Below, piece after piece: positions 9,024 through 18,570 of a stretch of DNA of 36,500 nt. The stretch is taken from positions 1 through 36,500 of the forward strand of contig JBDSOT010000143.1 in the NCBI GenBank assembly GCA_039914705.1. Reading direction: 5' to 3'. This stretch comes from Gammaproteobacteria bacterium. Its GTDB lineage: Bacteria; Pseudomonadota; Gammaproteobacteria; SURF-13. The notes beneath the pieces are model-generated. The model was not told the origin of the DNA, did no database searches, and saw only the letters and a program-made list of their open reading frames with translations. The translations under genes were made by a program, and so were the position numbers. Each line of letters starts with the position of its first letter. Within the stretch, counting starts at the first letter, position 1.

Positions 9024-9709
9024 TGCGCTACCCTCCCGAAGCAAGCAATCTAAAACAGCAGCATGACAAGTTTCGTCTTGCACTTGGACTTTGCGTATTG
9101 ATCACTACCCTGTTATTTATCAGCATCGCGACTAACCTGAGCGCCGATAGCTGGCTCAGCTTAATGGATGTTGAAGTTTCCAACTGGCTGCACGCACGCG
9201 CCATTCCCGCACTAACCGCAGTATTGCTGGTAGTCACCGAGATTCACCGGCCGCTTGGAATCATCATCATGGCATTGCTCTGCGCACTTTTTTTGCTTTG
9301 GCGCAGGCGCTGGTATTCCCTGCTCACCCTCTTGCTCGCCGTGCCGGGCGGCCTGCTGATCAATTTATTATTAAAAGACATCTACCAGCGTGCGCGCCCC
9401 GTGTTTGACGACCCTCTGGCTATTGTTCACAGCTACAGCTTCCCCAGCGGCCATGCCGTGGGCAGCACTGTATTTTATGGCGTAATTGCTGTGTTTATTT
9501 TCCAGACGGCCGGCAATCGGCCCTGGTGGTTCGGTGGATTTTTATTTGCAGGTCTGATGATAATGCTGGTCGCCTTTACGCGTGTCTATCTGGGCGTTCA
9601 CTATCTCAGCGATGTAGTTGCGGGTATTCTGGAAGGGCTGGCCTGGCTTGCGCTCTGTCTGATCGTCGTGGATACAATATGGCGTTACCGTCACCCGTAT
9701 TCGAATTAA
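9023..9709 (+). CDS. PAP2-family lipid phosphate phosphatase
   Basis: Multi-TM protein with the tripartite acid phosphatase motif KDIYQRARP ... FPSGHA ... TRVYLGVHYLSDV. It is translationally coupled to the metallophosphoesterase. Confidence 0.85.
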   Translation: MRYPPEASNLKQQHDKFRLALGLCVLITTLLFISIATNLSADSWLSLMDVEVSNWLHARAIPALTAVLLVVTEIHRPLGIIIMALLCALFLLWRRRWYSLLTLLLAVPGGLLINLLLKDIYQRARPVFDDPLAIVHSYSFPSGHAVGSTVFYGVIAVFIFQTAGNRPWWFGGFLFAGLMIMLVAFTRVYLGVHYLSDVVAGILEGLAWLALCLIVVDTIWRYRHPYSN

Positions 9710-10993
9710 TCATGCTTTGCTTATATATTTTTCGATCATTTCCAGCAAGGCAGTCAACGCACCGCGATTTTCCTCCACGAGTTGTTGGCCTTTTTCACCC
9801 ATTGCATAACGCAGATTGGCATCATTCAAATAGGTAATGAGCGCCGCGCTTAATTCTCCCACATCCTGTATCTGGCAAAGCGCCCCTGCTTCACGCATCA
9901 TGCGCGTGATTTCTTCGAAATTGAACATGAACGGCCCGGTGATTATCGCCAAGCCCAAGGCAGCGGGTTCCAACAAATTGTGTCCACCGGTTGGGATTAG
10001 ACTGCCGCCCACGAATGCCACATCGGCGGCGGCATAAAACAGTGGCAATTCGCCCATGCTATCGCCGATAAACACATCGGTCTGTGCATCACAGGTCGTG
10101 CGCTGACTGCGCAATACCGTGTTGTAACCACGCTTCTCGCACAGCGCTGCGGCCTTGGAGAAACGCTCCGGATGACGTGGCACCCATATCAGTAAACTCT
10201 GCGGAATGGCCTGCTTCACGGCATCGAAGGCATCCAGAACGAGTTTCTCTTCGCCTTCATGCGTGCTCGCGGCAACCCACACGGCGCGCCCAACACCCAA
10301 ACTTCGGCGCAACACGGCCGCCGCCTCGCGCAGGCTCGCCATTATTTTCACATCAAACTTGATGCTGCCCGTGACGTGGGTGTGAGCAGGATCGGCACCG
10401 AGCGCAATCAGGCGCTGCGCATCCTGATCCGTTTGCGCAGCGATCACGGAAATGTTTGCTAATGTCTCCGCTAACAACCGCCGCACGGGGCGATACTTAC
10501 CCGCCGATTGTTCAGACAGACGGGCATTGGCAAGAATCAGCGGAATATTGCTCTGGCGGCAACAGTGGAAAATATTCGGCCATAGCTCTGTTTCCATAAT
10601 CACCGCAACTGTGGGTCGGATACGCGCTAAAAAACGCTGAACGCTGCCCGGCAGATCGTAAGGGACGTAAAAGTGTTCCACCTCGTTACCAAAGTTTGCA
10701 CGCACCCGTTCCGCACCCGTCGCGGTCATGGTGGTAAGGATAACTTTTAGCTCAGGGAAATGTGCCTGCAACGCGCTGATAATCGGCACAGCTGCCTGCA
10801 CCTCGCCCACAGACACGGCATGTAACCATAGGACGTCGTGACCGGATGTCTGCGTATTTGCACGCTCAGGAACAAAACCAAAACGCTCCGGCCAGCGTCG
10901 CCAATAGGCGGGGGATTGCCAGCCGCGCCACGCCAGGCGCAGCAGTACGGCGGGTATTAATAGATATAACAGTAAGGTGTAGAGGTGTCTCAA
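9710..10993 (-). CDS. waaA: 3-deoxy-D-manno-octulosonic acid (Kdo) transferase
   Basis: 427 aa. The N-terminus LYTLLLYLLIPAVLLRLAWRG...PAYWRRWPERFGF parallels E. coli WaaA (LLYTALLYLIQP...APAYRKRWGERYGF), and the HAVSVGEV motif is present. The start is TTG (10993-10991), with no in-frame ATG nearby. Its stop abuts the convergent PAP2 stop with no gap. Confidence 0.9.
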   Translation of the reverse strand: MRHLYTLLLYLLIPAVLLRLAWRGWQSPAYWRRWPERFGFVPERANTQTSGHDVLWLHAVSVGEVQAAVPIISALQAHFPELKVILTTMTATGAERVRANFGNEVEHFYVPYDLPGSVQRFLARIRPTVAVIMETELWPNIFHCCRQSNIPLILANARLSEQSAGKYRPVRRLLAETLANISVIAAQTDQDAQRLIALGADPAHTHVTGSIKFDVKIMASLREAAAVLRRSLGVGRAVWVAASTHEGEEKLVLDAFDAVKQAIPQSLLIWVPRHPERFSKAAALCEKRGYNTVLRSQRTTCDAQTDVFIGDSMGELPLFYAAADVAFVGGSLIPTGGHNLLEPAALGLAIITGPFMFNFEEITRMMREAGALCQIQDVGELSAALITYLNDANLRYAMGEKGQQLVEENRGALTALLEMIEKYISKA

Positions 10994-11090
10994 GTGTTTA
11001 CCTTTGGTACACGTTTGGAATGGTCCAGCGGCAGTTCACTCGAAGAAAGTTTCATATAATTTTCGCTGTAGAAGACTGGTTACTATAATT

Positions 11091-12041
11091 TCAAGGACAA
11101 CGCAGGCATGCCATGTAAGCGGCAACGCCTGCTTCCACACTCATGAACGGCTGCGCATATCCGGCCGCACGCAGATTACTGATATCTGCTTCGGTAAAGC
11201 TCTGATAGCAGCCGCGCAGTTTATCGGGGAAGGGAACGTATTCAATCTCGCCACTTTTTTCATTTGCTTTTATGACCGCACGCGCGACATCGTTAAAGCT
11301 TTGGCTACGGCCGGTGCCCAGATTAAAAATGCCGGATTTCCTGGAATTTTCCAGGAACCAAAGATTGACGGCGCTGACATCATCAACATAAATAAAATCA
11401 CGTCTCTGTTCGCCGTCGGCATAACCGTCGCTGCCTGTGAATAATTTCACGCGGCCGGTGCTGAGCAATTGATTATAAAAATGATATGCCACGCTCGCCA
11501 TCGGGCCTTTATGCTGCTCGCGTGGGCCGTAGACATTAAAATAACGCAGGCCGACCACCTGGCTTTCTGCCTTTGCTAATAAGCCACGCGCATAATGATC
11601 GAACAAATATTTAGAATAACCGTAGACGTTTAATGGTGCCTCAAATTCACGTGACTCTTTAAATATTTTTCCGGCCCCGTAAACCGAGGCACTGGAAGCA
11701 TACAAAAAAGAAATCTTTCTATTAAGACAATAGTGCAGCAGGCTTTTCGAATACTCATAATTATTGCGTATCATATAGCGACCGTCCCATTCCATGGTCG
11801 ATGAGCAGGCACCCTGATGAAAAATAGCCTCCAGCGGCGCAGCAAAATGAGTATCCGCTGTAATGCGCGCCAGAAAATCATCCTGATCCAGGTAATCGGC
11901 AATCTCACAATCGGCAAGATTGCTGAACTTGGTGCCATCCTGCAGATTATCAACGGCCAATACATCAGTTCGACCGCGCTTATTTAATGCCTTGACGAGG
12001 TTGCTGCCGATAAAGCCTGCCGCTCCGGTGACGACTATCAT
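11091..12041 (-). CDS. hldD: ADP-L-glycero-D-manno-heptose 6-epimerase
   Basis: 316 aa, near-colinear with E. coli HldD/RfaD as I recall it ([63 protein letters not shown]). Confidence 0.95.
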   Translation of the reverse strand: MIVVTGAAGFIGSNLVKALNKRGRTDVLAVDNLQDGTKFSNLADCEIADYLDQDDFLARITADTHFAAPLEAIFHQGACSSTMEWDGRYMIRNNYEYSKSLLHYCLNRKISFLYASSASVYGAGKIFKESREFEAPLNVYGYSKYLFDHYARGLLAKAESQVVGLRYFNVYGPREQHKGPMASVAYHFYNQLLSTGRVKLFTGSDGYADGEQRRDFIYVDDVSAVNLWFLENSRKSGIFNLGTGRSQSFNDVARAVIKANEKSGEIEYVPFPDKLRGCYQSFTEADISNLRAAGYAQPFMSVEAGVAAYMACLRCP

Positions 12042-12042
12042 A

Positions 12043-13497
12043 TTATTCCTTAGTGCTTTCAGTTACGCCGGAGCGGATGGCGTCGATAATACGGCTGGTC
12101 GAGCAACCCGCCTCAAAACCGAGAACGCGCACCTGGCCGCCGTGCGCAGTCACGCAGTCATGCCCCGCGATTTGTTCGGGTTTATAGTCACCGCCCTTAG
12201 CCAGAACATCCGGCAGTACGCGGCAGATCAGGCGCTTTGGCGTGTCTTCGCTGAATGGCACCACCCAGTCCACGCTGCTTAATCCTGCCAACACCGCCAT
12301 GCGCTGGGCTAGTGCATTGATGGGTCGCATCATCGCGCCGCTGTCTTTAAGACGCCGCACCGAGGCATCGTCATTGACCGCGACAATGAGCCGGTCACCC
12401 AGACGCTTGGCCTGTTGAAGATAACTGACATGACCGGCGTGGAGAATATCGAAACAGCCATTGGTCATCACGATTTTTTCGCCGCGCGCCTTGGCCTCGG
12501 CTACCACCATTAATAATTCTTCCTCGCTGACCACACCCTGTAATGCGTTGATCTCGCCCGCTTGTGTATCACGTAATTCAGCAACGCTGACCGTGGCCGT
12601 GCCGAGCTTGCCGACCACAATGCCCGCTGCGATATTCGCCAGCACAGTTGCCCCAGACAATGTCTCACCCGCCGCCAACGCCGCCGCCAGAACACCGATC
12701 ACGGTGTCCCCAGCGCCGGTAACATCATAAACCTCGCGCGCCTGGGCATGCAGGTGCAGGGGCGCGTAGCCCTCCTGCAATAAGGTCATGCCGCGTTCGC
12801 TGCGCGTGATCAACAACGCTCCAAGATCAAATTCGCGGCGCAGTTTTTCACCTTTAGTAACCAGTTCTGCATCGTCGCGACAATGCCCAACCACCGCCTC
12901 GAACTCGGCAAGGTTTGGCGTGAGTAAACTCGCGCCACGGTAAATGCCGAAATCTGCGCCCTTCGGATCGACCAATACCGGTTTGCCTGCCGCGCGAGTA
13001 GCAGCAATCAGTTCAGTTGCGGCGCGCAAGCTGCCTTTGTGATAATCGGACAGCACGACTACACCGGCTTGCGGCAAGGATTGGTTAAAGCGCTCCTGCA
13101 TGCCCTGCGGGGCGTGGCCGGTGAAACCATCTTCGAAATCCAGACGGATCAATTGTTGATGACGGCTCAACACGCGCAGCTTGGTAATTGTGGCAAAACC
13201 CGGCACACGCTCGAAGTGACAGTTGACCTGCGCGGCCTCCAGATATTGTTGCAAGGTATCGGCGGCGGCATCATCGCCCGTCAAGCCAAGCACGCTGACC
13301 CGCGCGCCGAGCGCGGCGATGTTCAAAGCCACATTGCCCGCCCCGCCGGGCCGCTCTTCGGTCTGCTCGACGCGCACTATCGGCACCGGTGCCTCGGGCG
13401 AGATACGGGAGGTAGCTCCGTGCCAATAGCGATCAAGCATCACATCGCCGATCACGAGGACGCTGGCAGCATCAAACTGGGGCAAATGAATTTTCAC
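12043..13497 (-). CDS. hldE: bifunctional D-beta-D-heptose 7-phosphate kinase / heptose 1-phosphate adenylyltransferase
   Basis: 484 aa with a GTG start. (M)[24 protein letters not shown] aligns residue for residue with the E. coli HldE N-terminus. The C-terminal cytidylyltransferase motif is [12 protein letters not shown]. The stop is 1 nt from the hldD start. Confidence 0.95.
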   Translation of the reverse strand: MKIHLPQFDAASVLVIGDVMLDRYWHGATSRISPEAPVPIVRVEQTEERPGGAGNVALNIAALGARVSVLGLTGDDAAADTLQQYLEAAQVNCHFERVPGFATITKLRVLSRHQQLIRLDFEDGFTGHAPQGMQERFNQSLPQAGVVVLSDYHKGSLRAATELIAATRAAGKPVLVDPKGADFGIYRGASLLTPNLAEFEAVVGHCRDDAELVTKGEKLRREFDLGALLITRSERGMTLLQEGYAPLHLHAQAREVYDVTGAGDTVIGVLAAALAAGETLSGATVLANIAAGIVVGKLGTATVSVAELRDTQAGEINALQGVVSEEELLMVVAEAKARGEKIVMTNGCFDILHAGHVSYLQQAKRLGDRLIVAVNDDASVRRLKDSGAMMRPINALAQRMAVLAGLSSVDWVVPFSEDTPKRLICRVLPDVLAKGGDYKPEQIAGHDCVTAHGGQVRVLGFEAGCSTSRIIDAIRSGVTESTKE

Positions 13498-13552
13498 AAG
13501 GGCAGACTCGTCCCGCTATTTTTATAACAAATCATAGCATGGCTTTTAGGTG

Positions 13553-14575
13553 CTAACGCAGTAGTTGCGCCGCTGCATTCCAAACTCTCTCGGGTTCAAG
13601 GGTCTGATAGCAGGCAGGTTTGACCGGCGAAAGTCCCGGATAAATACACTGGCGCGAGAGACAGGGTGAGCAGACGAACTGCGCAGACAGATGCATTTGT
13701 GCCTGTCCGCGCGTGCCGGTTAGGTCTGGGCGAGTGGCACCGTAGAGCGTGAGCGTGGGCACCGTCAAAGCGGCGGCAAGGTGCGCCAGCCCGGTGTCGA
13801 CGCCGATGACGGCGCGTGCCGATGCCAATACCGCGCCCAGCTCGGTCAAGCTTAATTTGGGTAACACGCGCACATTTTTGCAAACCCCGGCAATGGCCTG
13901 AGCATCCTCATACTCAGCCTGATTACCCCACGGCAGACTCACGCTGAACCCAGCCTGAGTGGCGAGTTGCGCCAGGTGCGTCCAATAGGTGCGCGGCCAT
14001 TGTTTGCTCGGCCAGGTGGTGCCGTGCAGAAATACTATATCGTTACTTGCGTGGACATATTCCGAAAAAAACTGCGCACGCGTAATGCCATAATCGAGTG
14101 TGTCGTGGGGCATCGGATAACCCAAGGCTGCGGCGAATAATCGGCGCACGCGTTCGATAGCATGCTGCTGTTTTGGAATGGTGTAGCGGCGCTGATACGC
14201 AAGCGCGGCCCAGGATTCACGCGCCGATGCCCGGCTCAGGCCGCTACGTCTGCCACGCGCCATGCGCGTCACCAGTGCGCTTTTTATCAGGCCTTGCGCA
14301 TCAATAATAAGGTCGTACTCGTGCGTGCGCAGGCTGCGCCAAAAATTAACCCACTCGCTGCTGATAATCGCTTGCCAAGGCTGTTTACGCCAGCGCCGCA
14401 GGGCCACGGGAATGACCTTATCAACGGCTGGATGCCAGGCCGGAATCTCGGCAAATGCCTCTTCCACCACCCAATCGAAACGGATGCCCGGCAGTGCGTG
14501 CATAGCGTCGGTGAGCGCCGGTAGCGTGTGCAACACATCACCCATGGACGAAGTTTTTAAGATAAGAACCTTCAT
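13553..14575 (-). CDS. waaC: LPS heptosyltransferase I
   Basis: 340 aa. MKVLILKTSSMGDVLHTLPALTDA...FDWVVEE...VIPVALRRWRK closely parallels E. coli WaaC. The ATG shares one base with the waaF stop (TGATG). Confidence 0.9.
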   Translation of the reverse strand: MKVLILKTSSMGDVLHTLPALTDAMHALPGIRFDWVVEEAFAEIPAWHPAVDKVIPVALRRWRKQPWQAIISSEWVNFWRSLRTHEYDLIIDAQGLIKSALVTRMARGRRSGLSRASARESWAALAYQRRYTIPKQQHAIERVRRLFAAALGYPMPHDTLDYGITRAQFFSEYVHASNDIVFLHGTTWPSKQWPRTYWTHLAQLATQAGFSVSLPWGNQAEYEDAQAIAGVCKNVRVLPKLSLTELGAVLASARAVIGVDTGLAHLAAALTVPTLTLYGATRPDLTGTRGQAQMHLSAQFVCSPCLSRQCIYPGLSPVKPACYQTLEPERVWNAAAQLLR

Positions 14576-15600
14576 CAGGGCGAGGTCGTGCCGGGCATTT
14601 TATCGAGTATCTGTTGTGGCTTTAGTTCGCGCAGGCAATTCGTATGGCCGAGCGGACAAACGCGCGCAAAGCAGGGGCTACAGGCAAGCTTTAATGAAAG
14701 TATTTGTGCGTCATCGCTGAGCGGCGGCGTAAAACCGGGATCGGACGACCCGTAAATAGCAATAATCTTGCGCCCCAGTGCGGCGGCCACGTGCATGAGA
14801 CCGGAGTCGTTGCTGACCACCAGCGCCGCCAGTGATAATAAATCAATGGCCTCGGCCAGGCTGGTGCGCCCGGCAAGATCAATGCAATCTGCACCGGCCA
14901 AGGCGCGCACCTGCGCCGTGATTGGCCCGTCTTTTTCCGAACCAAACAGCCACACATCCCAGCCATCTGCCAATTTGGCCTTGGCAATCTCGGCAAAATA
15001 TTCGGCGGGCCAACGCTTGGCGGGGCCGAACTCAGCGCCGGGGCACAGCGCAAACACGGGCTTGAGCGGATAATTTAATTTCAGGCGCACCAGCGCTGCC
15101 TCCACACTCGCGTGCGACACGGCCAAATGCGGTGCGGGGATTTCCGGTGGCAAGACTGCATCACGCGGCAGACCCAAGGATAAAAACCGTTGCACGGTCA
15201 TCGGCAAGATCGATTTATCGAGTCTGCGCGCATCGTTGAGTACACCCCAGCGGCATTCGCCGATATAGCCGGTGCGCACAGGAATCTGCGCCCACAAAGG
15301 CACCAGGGCAGACTTGAATGAATTGGGCAGGATAATAGCTTGATCGTATTTTCCGCGCAGGCTGTGACCCATGTGATAGCGTTCCCGCAAACGCAATTCG
15401 CCATGGCCGATAGGCATGGCGAGCGCACACCGCACCTCCGGCATGCGCGTCAACAAAGGCTCGCTCCACGCGGGTGCCAGCACATCAATAGCAATATCCG
15501 GCTGATGTTGCTTGATCAGCTTAAATAGACTCTGCGCCATTACCATGTCGCCAATCCAGGACGGACCAATAACAAGCAACGCAGAATTTTTAGAGGTCAT
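14575..15600 (-). CDS. waaF: LPS heptosyltransferase II
   Basis: The ORF track extends to 15687. I prefer the ATG at 15600 (MTSKNSALLVIGPSWIGDMVMAQSLF), which gives the family-typical N-terminus. GT9 features are present (DSGLMHVAAALG). It lies upstream of waaC as in many Proteobacteria. Confidence 0.88.
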   Translation of the reverse strand: MTSKNSALLVIGPSWIGDMVMAQSLFKLIKQHQPDIAIDVLAPAWSEPLLTRMPEVRCALAMPIGHGELRLRERYHMGHSLRGKYDQAIILPNSFKSALVPLWAQIPVRTGYIGECRWGVLNDARRLDKSILPMTVQRFLSLGLPRDAVLPPEIPAPHLAVSHASVEAALVRLKLNYPLKPVFALCPGAEFGPAKRWPAEYFAEIAKAKLADGWDVWLFGSEKDGPITAQVRALAGADCIDLAGRTSLAEAIDLLSLAALVVSNDSGLMHVAAALGRKIIAIYGSSDPGFTPPLSDDAQILSLKLACSPCFARVCPLGHTNCLRELKPQQILDKMPGTTSP

Positions 15601-15687
15601 CGCGGATCTTACCGGCAGCGCACACTGATGCGTCAGGATGTTAGCGCTATTACAGCACCAGGGAAATATGAACTCACGCGACCTCAC

Positions 15688-15716
15688 TTGAACCGCACAC
15701 GCGCTTCAGTTAAATT
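15688..15716 (+). promoter_or_regulatory. candidate sigma70-type promoter for waaG operon (TTGAAC - 17 nt - TAAATT)
   Basis: Hexamers read from the sequence in the divergent waaF/waaG intergenic region, about 74 nt upstream of the waaG ATG. This is a motif match only. Confidence 0.3.
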
Positions 15717-15789
15717 CATAGTATAACTTTGTTCACTGGTTTCCCCATGATAATTCCTCAAAAAACTCTTCCCTGACGCATACATCCTC

Positions 15790-16896
15790 ATGCGCTTAGC
15801 CTTTTGCCTGTTTAAATATTTTCGCTACGGTGGACTGGAACGCGATTTTTTGCGCATCGCCAACGGCTGTCGGCAACGCGGTCACGACATCACCGTATTC
15901 ACCCAGCAATGGCAGGGTGTTCCACCACCCGACTTTACAGTCCATGTGCTGCCGCTACGCAGCATCACCAGCCATGGCAAGTGCCGGGAATTCGCGCGCA
16001 CAACGGCAGCGTATCTTCGTGATGCAAACTTCGATGCGGTTGTGGGCTTCAATAAAATGCCCGGATTGGATTTTTACTTCGCGGCCGACCCCTGTTATCA
16101 GCAACGCATACGTGAGACGCACGGGGCGCTTTACAGATTAAGCCCGCGCTATCGAGGCTTTTTAAAATTGGAACAGGCGGTCTTTTCTCAGCACTCCCGC
16201 ACCCGGATATTACTGCTAGCCGCCCCTCAGCAAGAGGTATTCAGGCATTATTACCAAACTCAGCCGGAGCGTTTTCACCTGATACCGCCCGGGATTTCCA
16301 GTGATCGTGCGGCACCCGTTAATGCCGCACAGATACGCGCAGAATTTCGTGCCGAACTTGCCGTCGCCGATGACGAATATATATTGTTGATGATCGGTTC
16401 CGGCTTTAAAAGAAAAGGACTGGATCGCGCCCTGCTGGCGATGGCTTCACTGCCTGCGGATATTTTGCACAAAACCCGCCTGATGGTACTGGGTGAAGAT
16501 GACCCTCGCCCCTATATGCGGCTGGCGAAACGCCTGGGCATAGATGACAGGCTGCACATGCTGGGTGGGCGAGATGATGTTCCGCGCTTTTTGCTGGCTG
16601 CCGATGTGCTGATTCACCCAGCCTATAGCGAGGTTGCCGGCATGGTGTTATTAGAGGCGCTGGCCGCTGGTTTGCCGGTGCTGGCGACCGAGGTTTGCGG
16701 CTATGCATTTCATGTGGCAAACGCCGATGCAGGGCGCATAGTGCCCAGTCCGTTTGCACAGAGTGAGTTAAACAACATGCTACACGAAATGCTTGCTTCG
16801 CCAAGGCATCAATGGCGCATCAATGCCTTAAACTATAGCAAGGCAAATCTGCACAGTCTGCCATCGGCAGTGATTGATTTAATCGAATCCCGGTAA
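15790..16896 (+). CDS. waaG: LPS core glucosyltransferase I-like GT4 glycosyltransferase
   Basis: 368 aa. MRLAFCLFKYFRYGGLERDFLRIA...GFNKMPGLDFYFAADPCY...PERFHLIPPGI...LIHPAYSEVAGMVLLEALAAGLPVLATEVCGYA is colinear with E. coli WaaG (MIVAFCLYKYFPFGGLQRDFMRIA...GFNKMPGLDVYFAADVCY...). Confidence 0.85.
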   Translation: MRLAFCLFKYFRYGGLERDFLRIANGCRQRGHDITVFTQQWQGVPPPDFTVHVLPLRSITSHGKCREFARTTAAYLRDANFDAVVGFNKMPGLDFYFAADPCYQQRIRETHGALYRLSPRYRGFLKLEQAVFSQHSRTRILLLAAPQQEVFRHYYQTQPERFHLIPPGISSDRAAPVNAAQIRAEFRAELAVADDEYILLMIGSGFKRKGLDRALLAMASLPADILHKTRLMVLGEDDPRPYMRLAKRLGIDDRLHMLGGRDDVPRFLLAADVLIHPAYSEVAGMVLLEALAAGLPVLATEVCGYAFHVANADAGRIVPSPFAQSELNNMLHEMLASPRHQWRINALNYSKANLHSLPSAVIDLIESR

Positions 16897-16966
16897 TGCT
16901 ATTATTAAAGCGACAACTCATGTACCGGCTTACGCCAACTCAACCATTTAGTATCGGATATTCATA

Positions 16967-17761
16967 ATGAAACGTTTGCACGTAGTCGGTTGTCCGCGCA
17001 GCGGGACCACCTTGATGATTCAATTGATCGCTACCTGCTTCAGAAACGATGGCTACTATCAGCGTGAGATGAGCATCTTCGAGGAACCTAAGTCGGGCTA
17101 TGGATTATTCTTGAGCAAAAAGCCGACCGACATCAGACGTATAAAACGAATCTTCGAGGCCGATAAAAACCTGTTCATTTTGTATATGATAAGGGATCCA
17201 CGGGACTCCATGACAAGCATACACAATGCCCAACCCGACCGGTATTTTTCCAATTTTCGTGTGTGGAAGGAATGCGCCGACAGCGCCAAGCCCTTTGAAA
17301 CCAACAGTCGCTTCATCACGATTCGTTATGAAACCTTGGTAGCCGAACCCGATCAGGTGCAGGCACAATTAATGTCAGTCTTCCCATTCCTGGAAAAAAT
17401 CCACGACTTCGCCAGCTTCGAACAATTCTCCGGGCCATCCCAGCGCTCGGCTGAGGCGATGGGTGGATTGCGCCCGGTCTCGATGGTCAGCATTGGCAAA
17501 TGGCGCAAACACCTGCCGCGAGTCAAGGCGCAATTGTTGCTGCGCCCTGAGTTGGCCGATGCCCTGATTACCTATGGCTATGAACAAGACAACACTTGGC
17601 AGAATATTTTAACGGAGGTTGAACCTGATTTTAGACCCGGCCGCCATGCCGAACAAAAGCCATTCTTCAAGACCTACGAGGCACGCCTGCGAACCTGGTG
17701 GAAAATCAGACGTTACTTACGAAAATTACAAGCTGCGTCAGCGTCCCGATCAATCCCTTGA
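16967..17761 (+). CDS. PAPS-dependent sulfotransferase family protein
   Basis: 264 aa with an ATG start. 5'-phosphosulfate-binding loop VVGCPRSGTTLM at the N-terminus, and a 3'-phosphate-binding-type motif MIRDPRDSMTS. The stop TGA (17759-17761) overlaps the TTG (17758-17760) that I take as the waaP start. Confidence 0.7.
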   Translation: MKRLHVVGCPRSGTTLMIQLIATCFRNDGYYQREMSIFEEPKSGYGLFLSKKPTDIRRIKRIFEADKNLFILYMIRDPRDSMTSIHNAQPDRYFSNFRVWKECADSAKPFETNSRFITIRYETLVAEPDQVQAQLMSVFPFLEKIHDFASFEQFSGPSQRSAEAMGGLRPVSMVSIGKWRKHLPRVKAQLLLRPELADALITYGYEQDNTWQNILTEVEPDFRPGRHAEQKPFFKTYEARLRTWWKIRRYLRKLQAASASRSIP

Positions 17762-18549
17762 TTATAGTAGATACCCTGTTTCAAGCCGCCAGCATTGATG
17801 ATGCGCATTTTGACCGCATCATGGCTACGCAAGGAGAGATATTCCGTTCCGTTAATGGACGCAAAACCCTGCGTTTTCTGCACGGTGAAAAATACTACTT
17901 TATCAAGATACATAATGGCGTGGGATGGGCAGAGATTATTAAAAATCTGTTGCAGCTCAGGCTTCCGATTCTGGGTGCGAAAAATGAATGGCTTGCCATT
18001 CAGCGCCTGTCTGAATTGCAGGTGGATACATTGAGGCTTGTCGGCTACGGTATGCGCGGCTGGAATCCGGCGCGCCTGCAATCGTTTGTTATTACCGAAG
18101 AACTCAGCGAAACCATTAGCCTGGAAGACTTCTGTCGCAATTGGCGTACGACTCCGCCGCACATTTTTCTAAAACGCGCACTAATAAAAAAGATCGCTCT
18201 AATCACCCGTCGGCTGCATGAAAACGGCGTTAATCACCGCGATTTCTATCTCTGCCATTTTCTGCTGGATATTTCAAAACCGCCGTCAGCGGAAAATTTA
18301 CGGATTTCCCTCATTGACCTGCACCGCGTGCAATTGCGCACCAATCCGGTAGAGCGCTGGATTGTTAAAGATTTGGCTGGCCTATTTTTTTCAGCCATGC
18401 ACATCGGACTGACCCATCGCGATTTACTGCGTTTCATCAAGGTCTATCACGGGGCCTCTCTAAGGCAGATTTTTCCGGCGAAGCACCCGTTCTGGCATGC
18501 GGTTCAATCACGGGCGTTGCGTCTGTCCCGTAAGCCACATAAATTTTAG
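17758..18549 (+). CDS. waaP: LPS core heptose(I) kinase
   Basis: Colinear with E. coli and P. aeruginosa WaaP as recalled (TQGEIFRSVNGRKTLRF, YFIKIH, NLLQLRLPILGAKNEWLAIQRL, ITEEL, GVNHRDFYLCHFLL, LIDLHR, KDLAGLFFSA). A TTG start at 17758 gives the same 23-residue spacing before the xQGE motif as in E. coli. The GTG at 17698 is the ORF-track alternative. Confidence 0.85.
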   Translation: MIIVDTLFQAASIDDAHFDRIMATQGEIFRSVNGRKTLRFLHGEKYYFIKIHNGVGWAEIIKNLLQLRLPILGAKNEWLAIQRLSELQVDTLRLVGYGMRGWNPARLQSFVITEELSETISLEDFCRNWRTTPPHIFLKRALIKKIALITRRLHENGVNHRDFYLCHFLLDISKPPSAENLRISLIDLHRVQLRTNPVERWIVKDLAGLFFSAMHIGLTHRDLLRFIKVYHGASLRQIFPAKHPFWHAVQSRALRLSRKPHKF

Positions 18550-18570
18550 GCACAACCGATCAATCATCGC

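Noticed and set aside
17698-17757. GTG at 17698 as the waaP start, giving a 64-nt overlap with the sulfotransferase
   Set aside because: Alignment with remembered E. coli and P. aeruginosa WaaP N-termini fits the TTG at 17758 exactly, with 23 residues before the xQGE motif. The TTGA stop-start overlap is also a common coupling arrangement. This is not fully excluded.
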